DNA of 32,000 nt. It comes from Mycolicibacterium smegmatis (GTDB lineage: Bacteria; Actinomycetota; Actinomycetes; Mycobacteriales; Mycobacteriaceae). The number at the start of each line of letters is the position of its first letter. Within the stretch, counting starts at the first letter, position 1. The stretch spans positions 6,720,001 to 6,752,000 of the forward strand of contig NZ_LN831039.1 in the NCBI RefSeq assembly GCF_001457595.1. Direction: 5' to 3'. The translations under genes were made by a program, and so were the position numbers. The notes beneath the pieces were generated by a model. That model worked only from the letters and a program-made list of their open reading frames with translations, ran no database searches and was not told the DNA's origin. Of this stretch, positions 26,419 through 32,000 are shown in pieces.

Positions 26419-27915
26419 ATGTCTATTTCCAAGTCCCCTGTCAGTCCCTCGGAAGGGGCTCACGCGTCCGATTCGGACGCCGCGCATCTGGACAAGCTCG
26501 GCTACAAATCCGAGTTCAAGCGGGATATGAGCCCCTGGGCCAACTTCTCGCTCGGTTTCACCTACCTGTCCCCGGTCGTCGGTATCTACACACTGTTCGC
26601 CTACGCGCTGGCCACCGGCGGCCCGCCGATGATCTGGAGCCTCGTGATCGTCGGCGTCGGCCAGCTGCTGGTCGCGTTGGTGTTCAGCGAGGTCGTGGCC
26701 CAGTTCCCGGTGGCGGGCGGGGTGTACCCGTGGGCACGCCGGCTGTGGGGACGCAAATACGCCTGGATGACCGGGTGGGTGTACCTCGTGGCCCTGCTGG
26801 TGACGATCGCGTCGGTGACCTACGGTTCCGGCCCGTTCATCGCCGCCACGTTCGGCATCGAGGCCACCGTGAACAACACCATCGCGTTCGCGCTGGTGTT
26901 GCTCGCCCTGGCCACGATCATCAACTTCATGGGCACGAAAGTGCTTGCGAAAGCAGCGATCATCGGTTTCACCGCCGAGATCATCGGTGCCCTGGTGGTC
27001 GGTGGCTGGCTGCTGATCGCGCACCGCGAGCACAACCTCGGCGTCATCTTCGACAGCTTCGGCGCAGGCGGCGACGGCAGCTACCTGTGGGCCTTCGCGG
27101 CCGCGGCGCTGATCGGCGTCTACCAGTACTACGGTTTCGAGGCCTGCGGCGATGTCGCCGAGGAAGTGCGCGATCCGGGTCGCCTGATCCCCAAGGCCAT
27201 GCGCCGCACCATCTACATCGGCGGTGCCGCAGCCACTTTCGTGTGCCTGTCGCTGGTTCTCGCGGTGGCCGACATTCCCGCGGTGATCGCCGGCGAGGAC
27301 GTCGACCCGGTCAGCACCGTGCTCACCGAGGCGTTCGGTCCGATCGGCTCCAAGGTCATCCTGGTGATCGTGCTGCTGTCGTTCTTGTCCTGCGCGATGA
27401 GCCTGCAGGCCGCCGCGAGCCGCCTGGCCTACTCGTACGGCCGTGACGGCATGATCATGGGCAGCAGCCTGCTCAAGAAGTTCTCGGCTTCTCGCCACGT
27501 CCCGCCTTACGCGCTGATCCTGGCCGCCATCGTGCCCGCCGTGATCATCATCGGGTCGAAGGTCTCCACCGACGCGATCACCAAGATCATCAGCTTCGCC
27601 GCCTTCGGGATCTACCTGGGCTTCCAGATGGTCGTGCTGGCCGCGCTGCGTGCCCGCCTCAGGGGCTGGGTGCCGTCGGGCAAGTACACGCTGGGCAGGT
27701 GGGGTGTGCCGGTCAACATCGCGGCGCTGGTCTACGGCATCACCGCCATGGTGAACATGGCGTGGCCCCGCACTCCCGACGCACCCTGGTTCGACAACTG
27801 GATCGTCGCGCTGTCCGCGGCCGTGGTCGTGGTGACCGGCCTGGTCTACATGGCCGTCCACCCCCTGCACGACCGCAGCACGGCGCCCTACTCCGACGCC
27901 ATTCCGACAAAGTAG
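26419..27915 (+). CDS. APC-family amino acid/amine permease
   Basis: About 12 hydrophobic segments. 'FSLGFTYLSPVVGIYTLFAYALATGGPPMIWSLVIVGVGQLLVALVFSEVVAQFPVAGGVYPWARRLWG' and 'FEACGDVAEEVRDPGRLIPKAM'. Confidence 0.93.
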   Translation: MSISKSPVSPSEGAHASDSDAAHLDKLGYKSEFKRDMSPWANFSLGFTYLSPVVGIYTLFAYALATGGPPMIWSLVIVGVGQLLVALVFSEVVAQFPVAGGVYPWARRLWGRKYAWMTGWVYLVALLVTIASVTYGSGPFIAATFGIEATVNNTIAFALVLLALATIINFMGTKVLAKAAIIGFTAEIIGALVVGGWLLIAHREHNLGVIFDSFGAGGDGSYLWAFAAAALIGVYQYYGFEACGDVAEEVRDPGRLIPKAMRRTIYIGGAAATFVCLSLVLAVADIPAVIAGEDVDPVSTVLTEAFGPIGSKVILVIVLLSFLSCAMSLQAAASRLAYSYGRDGMIMGSSLLKKFSASRHVPPYALILAAIVPAVIIIGSKVSTDAITKIISFAAFGIYLGFQMVVLAALRARLRGWVPSGKYTLGRWGVPVNIAALVYGITAMVNMAWPRTPDAPWFDNWIVALSAAVVVVTGLVYMAVHPLHDRSTAPYSDAIPTK

Positions 27916-27960
27916 GCGCGCCGCCCGCCCGCCCGCTCGCTCACGATCGAAAGAGATGTC

Positions 27961-29343
27961 TTGACCGCCACCGCCCAGCCGCCGTACCGGAGCACCAACC
28001 CGGCCACCGGCAACGTTCTCGCAGAGTTCGACACCACCACCGACGATCAGGTCTTTGCGGCGATCGCCGCGGCCGATGAGGCGTTCCGTTCTTGGCGCTC
28101 AACGCCTCTGGACGAACGCACCGACGTCGTGCGGACGGTGGGAAAGCTCCTGCGCGAACGTGCCGACGACTTCGCGAAGTTGGCACAGTTGGAGATGGGC
28201 AAGAAACGCGGTCAAGGCGCCGGGGAGACCCGGTTCTCCGCATCGATCTTCGAGTTCTACGCCGACCGTGGCGCCGGCCTGCTCGCCGATGAACCGATTC
28301 CGACGTTCACCGGCGGGCAGGCGGTGATCCGGCGGCAACCGGTGGGTGTGCTTCTCGGCGTCATGCCGTGGAATTTCCCGGTCTACCAGATCGCGCGTTT
28401 CGCGGCTCCGAACCTGGTGCTGGGCAACACCATGCTGCTCAAGCACGCCGAGTCGGTTCCCCAGTGCGCGCTGGCCTTCGCCGAGTTGATGCGCGACGCC
28501 GGCGTGCCCGAAGGCGTGTACACCAACCTGTTCGCGACGTTCGATCAGGTGGCGACGATCATCGCCGATCCGCGTGTGCAGGGAGTTTCGGTCACCGGAT
28601 CCGAGCGTGCCGGTGCGGCCGTCGCGGGCTTGGCCGGGCAGTCCCTGAAGAAATGCGTGCTCGAGCTGGGCGGCTCGGACCCGTTCATCGTGCTCGACGG
28701 CGACCCGAAGGAACTGGCCCGCACCGCCTGGAACTTCCGCATGCACAACATGGGACAGGCGTGTAACTCCAACAAGCGCATCATCGTCCTCGACACCATC
28801 TACGACGACTTCGTCACCGAGTTGGTCGCCGCGGCAGAGGCTTTCACCGGTGACCAGATCGCGCCGCTGTCGTCGCGGGCAGCGGCCGAGAACCTGGCCG
28901 CCCAGGTCGACGACGCGGTCGACAAGGGTGCGACGCTGCACACCGGCGGCGTGCTGGCCGAGGAGCCGAAGGCGTACTTCACCCCGGCCGTGCTCACCGG
29001 CGTGACCCCCGGGATGCGGGCCTACACCGAGGAACTGTTCGGCCCGGTCGCCGTGGTCTACCGCGTCGCCGATGCGGAAGAGGCTGTCGCGCTGGCCAAC
29101 TCCACGGATTTCGGCCTGGGGGCGTCGGTCTTCAGCGCTGACACCGCCCGTGCCGAAGCCGTGGCCCGCCGCCTCGAAGCCGGCATGGTCAACGTCAACA
29201 CCCCGTCCGGCGACGGCCCCGACATCCCGTTCGGCGGCATCAAGCGGTCCGGGTTCGGCCGCGAACTCGGCACGCTCGGCATCGACGAGTTCGTCAACAA
29301 GCAGGTCTACGTCGTCGCCGAGTCGACATCGTCGTCAGACTGA
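27961..29343 (+). CDS. NAD(P)-dependent aldehyde dehydrogenase (succinate-semialdehyde dehydrogenase-like)
   Basis: 'VMPWNFPVYQIARFAAPNLVLGNTMLLKHAESVPQCA', 'LELGGSDPFIVLDG', 'NMGQACNSNKRIIVLD' (catalytic Cys), 'IPFGGIKRSGFGRELGTLGIDEFVN'. TTG start. Confidence 0.93.
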   Translation: MTATAQPPYRSTNPATGNVLAEFDTTTDDQVFAAIAAADEAFRSWRSTPLDERTDVVRTVGKLLRERADDFAKLAQLEMGKKRGQGAGETRFSASIFEFYADRGAGLLADEPIPTFTGGQAVIRRQPVGVLLGVMPWNFPVYQIARFAAPNLVLGNTMLLKHAESVPQCALAFAELMRDAGVPEGVYTNLFATFDQVATIIADPRVQGVSVTGSERAGAAVAGLAGQSLKKCVLELGGSDPFIVLDGDPKELARTAWNFRMHNMGQACNSNKRIIVLDTIYDDFVTELVAAAEAFTGDQIAPLSSRAAAENLAAQVDDAVDKGATLHTGGVLAEEPKAYFTPAVLTGVTPGMRAYTEELFGPVAVVYRVADAEEAVALANSTDFGLGASVFSADTARAEAVARRLEAGMVNVNTPSGDGPDIPFGGIKRSGFGRELGTLGIDEFVNKQVYVVAESTSSSD

Positions 29344-29388
29344 ACTCCAGCGGGGAACACCGGCACCGTCTCGGCGGTTGAGGCGAGA

Positions 29389-30219
29389 GTGACGGACGCA
29401 CCTCGCTTCGGGATCTCGACCTCTTCTGCCGACGGCGGCATCGCCCCGGATGTTCTGGCCCGCGCGGTCGAAGAGCGCGGATTCGACTGGTTGTTGTTCG
29501 ACGACCACTCGTATTTCCCGGCCGATACGCCCGATGCGGTCGATCCCGCGTTCCGCGCCCGGCTTCCGCTGATCCGCGACCTGTTCGTCGTGCTGGCATA
29601 CGCCGCGTCGGCGACGTCGACACTGACCATCGGATCCGGTGTCGCGTTGTTGCCGCAGCGCGACACGCTGCACACGGCCAAGGCCGTGGCGTCGCTCGCG
29701 ACACTGTCGGGGAACCGCGTGGTCCTCGGCGTCGGGGTCGGCTGGAATCTGAACGAGGTGCGCAACCACGGCGCCGACCCGCGCAGGCGCGGTGCCAAAC
29801 TCGACGAACAACTCAGCGCGCTGCGAGCCCTGTGGTCCGACGATGAGGCCGAATTCTCGGGCACACAGGTGCGTTTCGGCCCGGTCGTGGCCCGTCCCCG
29901 CCCTTCTGCTCCTGTCCCCATCCTCGTCGGTGGGGCCAGCGAAGCCGCACTCGCCCGCACCGTCCGGTTCGGTGACGGATGGCTGCCATTCGCCGAACTG
30001 TCGACGCCCGCAGACGTCGCACGCGCCAGGAAGTGGTTCACCGAACAGGGCCGCGGCGATCTCGGCGTCACGGTCTCGGGTGTGCCCGGTGACGCGTCGG
30101 TGGCCTCGGCGTATCTCGACGCGGGCGCAGGCCGTGTCCTGTTCCACCTCGAACCCGGACCCGAGGACGACGTCCTGCGGGCGTTGGACACCGTCGCGGA
30201 CACGGTCCGATCCATCTGA
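29389..30219 (+). CDS. LLM-class (probable F420-dependent) oxidoreductase
   Basis: 'RFGISTSSADGGIAPDVLARAVEERGFDWLLFDDH' and 'RVVLGVGVGWNLNEVRNHGADPRRRGAKLDEQLSALRALW'. Confidence 0.92.
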   Translation: MTDAPRFGISTSSADGGIAPDVLARAVEERGFDWLLFDDHSYFPADTPDAVDPAFRARLPLIRDLFVVLAYAASATSTLTIGSGVALLPQRDTLHTAKAVASLATLSGNRVVLGVGVGWNLNEVRNHGADPRRRGAKLDEQLSALRALWSDDEAEFSGTQVRFGPVVARPRPSAPVPILVGGASEAALARTVRFGDGWLPFAELSTPADVARARKWFTEQGRGDLGVTVSGVPGDASVASAYLDAGAGRVLFHLEPGPEDDVLRALDTVADTVRSI

Positions 30220-30307
30220 AGGTTCGCCACAGGTATTCCGCACCGGCGGCAGACGCGCGATCCTATGGGGTGACCGTCGACGTACGACAGAGTTGAAGGA
30301 GGCCTGC

Positions 30308-31054
30308 ATGGCAGGCAACACCAGCGTCCCCGGGGCGACCGTGGGAAGCCGACTGCTGGCGGTCCTCGACTGCTTCGACGTCGATCACCGTGAACTCACC
30401 CTCACCGAGATCGCGCAACGCGCCGATCTTCCGCTGTCCACCGCACGCAGGCTCATCACCGAGCTCACCGAGTGGGGTGGCCTGGAACGGCTCTCGAGCG
30501 GGGGTTACCGGATCGGGGTCCGCCTGTGGCAGGTGGGATCGCTTGCACCCCAGGCCCGTAACCTTCGTGAGGCGGCTCTGCCCCACATGCACGACCTGTT
30601 CGAGGCAACCCGCGAGAACGTGCAACTCGCCGTCCTCGACGGGCTCGAGGCGCTGTGCCTCGAGAAGATCACCGGAACCAAGTCCGTGCCCACGGTCACC
30701 CATGTCGGCGGACGACTGCCCCTGCACACCACGGGCGTCGGCAAGGTCCTCCTCGCCTTCTCACCCCGCACACTGCTGGAAACCGTTGTGGCACAGGGGC
30801 TCGAACGCAGCACCATCCACTCCATCACGGAACCGGGGCGTCTCGCATCGGCGTTGGAACGCGTCCGGCAGACCGGGCTCGCCTACTCATACGAGGAGAT
30901 GACGCTCGGCGCGATCTCGGTCGCCAGCCCTATCATCCACGCCGGCAGGTTGTCCGGGGCTGTGAGCATCGTGACACACTCGGGCACGCATCTGGACAGA
31001 CTGGCCCCCGCGGTGCGCACGGCGGCGCTGGGCATCTCGCGCAGCCTGCTCTAA
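30308..31054 (+). CDS. IclR-family transcriptional regulator
   Basis: 'VGSRLLAVLDCFDVDHRELTLTEIAQRADLPLSTARRLITELTEWGGLERLSSGGYRIGVRLWQVG' HTH and the IclR effector-domain stretch 'LPLHTTGVGKVLLAF'. RBS GAAGGAGG. Confidence 0.94.
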   Translation: MAGNTSVPGATVGSRLLAVLDCFDVDHRELTLTEIAQRADLPLSTARRLITELTEWGGLERLSSGGYRIGVRLWQVGSLAPQARNLREAALPHMHDLFEATRENVQLAVLDGLEALCLEKITGTKSVPTVTHVGGRLPLHTTGVGKVLLAFSPRTLLETVVAQGLERSTIHSITEPGRLASALERVRQTGLAYSYEEMTLGAISVASPIIHAGRLSGAVSIVTHSGTHLDRLAPAVRTAALGISRSLL

Positions 31055-31863
31055 CGCAACGGGTCCGCGAAAGCAGCTGTGTAACCGAAGAAGTCGGCCA
31101 TCCCGCCCACCTGCGCGTCGGTCATCTGTGACCCGACCTGCACCGCGCATCCGCGCTGCGTCGCTTCTTTGATCAAAGGTGTCACGGCCGGCTCGGTGAT
31201 CACGTCGGCCACCGCGGCATCGCCACCGACACCGTCCAGATCGACGGGGAGCGGATCGGTGCTGCGCATACCCGCAGGACTGGCGTTGACGATGAGGTCG
31301 TAGCCCCTCCCGAGCGCAGCCACCGGTCGTGACAACACCCCCGTTGCGGACACCCGATCCGCCAGCTCATTCGCACGTGCGCCGTCGACGTCGGAGACAT
31401 CCACCGCACTCGCACCTGTGTCGGCAAGGGCGAGCGCGATGGCAGAACCCGCTCCCCCGCAACCGACCACGAGGGCACGCCTCCCGCCGACCGGGCCGAT
31501 GCCGCCCTCGAACGCGGTCACGAAGCCGACGCCGTCCAACATGTCGGCCACCCAACCACCGCTCTCACCGACCTTCAGGCAGTTGACCGCCCCCACCTGC
31601 CGTGCGCGGTCGGACAGTTCCGTGGCGAACCGCATCGCGGCCGCCTTGTGCGGCACGGTGATGAGCAACCCGTCCAGGTTCCGCCATCGCCGTGCCCCGT
31701 CGAGGAAGGCTTCCAGGTCGGTGGGCCGGACGTGGAAGGGCACACACACCGCGTCGACACCGAGTTCACGGAACACCGTGCCCCACAGCTCGGGTGCGCG
31801 CACCTGTGCGACGGGGTCGCCCACGACGCCCAACAGTCGGGTTCTGCCGGTCGGATCGGTCAC
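31051..31863 (-). CDS. Shikimate dehydrogenase-like protein
   Basis: 'LLGVVGDPVAQVRAPELWGTVFRELGVDAVCVPFHV', 'VTVPHKAAAM', 'RALVVGCGGAGSAIALALADTGA', 'DLIVNASPAGM'. Converges with and overlaps the IclR gene. Confidence 0.9.
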   Translation of the reverse strand: MTDPTGRTRLLGVVGDPVAQVRAPELWGTVFRELGVDAVCVPFHVRPTDLEAFLDGARRWRNLDGLLITVPHKAAAMRFATELSDRARQVGAVNCLKVGESGGWVADMLDGVGFVTAFEGGIGPVGGRRALVVGCGGAGSAIALALADTGASAVDVSDVDGARANELADRVSATGVLSRPVAALGRGYDLIVNASPAGMRSTDPLPVDLDGVGGDAAVADVITEPAVTPLIKEATQRGCAVQVGSQMTDAQVGGMADFFGYTAAFADPLR

Positions 31864-31983
31864 CGCACCATGCTGTCCCTGCGCGGCTCATCCCGCACAG
31901 CGGTCGCTGCCGCTCAGTGGCACCGAGTCGTTCTTGGTCGCCGTGGATCCGCCGTAGCGTCGACCTGACCTGAAAGGGAGAAC

Positions 31984-32000
31984 ATGCTGCACGAGGAGAT
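31984..32000 (+). CDS. Start of a gene truncated by the window edge (MLHEE...)
   Basis: ATG at 31984 shortly after 'GAAAGGGAG'. Only 17 nt visible. Confidence 0.4.

Noticed and set aside
26383-27870. 495-aa minus-strand ORF opposite the APC permease
   Set aside because: Low-complexity His/Asp/Arg/Gly-rich composition, typical of a high-GC shadow frame. The plus strand encodes a clear permease.
1-32000. Mobile element, prophage, CRISPR or RNA gene in the window
   Set aside because: No transposase, integrase, phage structural gene, regularly spaced repeats or recognisable tRNA/rRNA sequence was seen. The accessory character comes only from catabolic gene content.

Overview
This is ordinary chromosomal sequence from a high-GC actinobacterium, most likely a rapid-growing Mycobacterium/Mycolicibacterium of the smegmatis type (inferred from protein resemblance; no search was run). 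Left part (0-12.7 kb): an ABC transporter operon with a phosphodiesterase-like enzyme and an amidase, two LysR regulators, an Rv1733c-like membrane protein, a DUF5994-like protein, an MBL-fold hydrolase, and a stress-type module. That module contains a DUF417 membrane protein, an anti-sigma factor with an HX3CX2C motif, a sigma factor with an apparent 1-nt frameshift, a peroxiredoxin and an agarase-like protein. Right part (12.9-29.3 kb): what looks like a catabolic island for cyclic and linear amines. It contains a GabT-type aminotransferase, glutaryl-CoA dehydrogenase, aldehyde dehydrogenase, class III CoA-transferase, PucR regulator, two gamma-glutamyl-GABA-hydrolase-like enzymes, a substrate-binding-fold protein without a visible signal peptide, a glutamine-synthetase-like ligase, a ferredoxin, a cytochrome P450, an orphan Cache-domain protein, a GntR/FCD regulator, an APC permease and a second aldehyde dehydrogenase. 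The P450 plus GntR pair matches my knowledge of the pipA/pipR piperidine/pyrrolidine utilisation genes of M. smegmatis. The most interesting points are the full piperidine-to-glutarate-to-crotonyl-CoA route that can be laid out here, the GntR-Cache pair, the substrate-binding protein inside the ligase operon, a shared CCTATTG/CAATAGG element in two regulatory regions, and the sigma-factor frameshift. No CRISPR array, tRNA/rRNA gene, transposase or phage gene was recognised.
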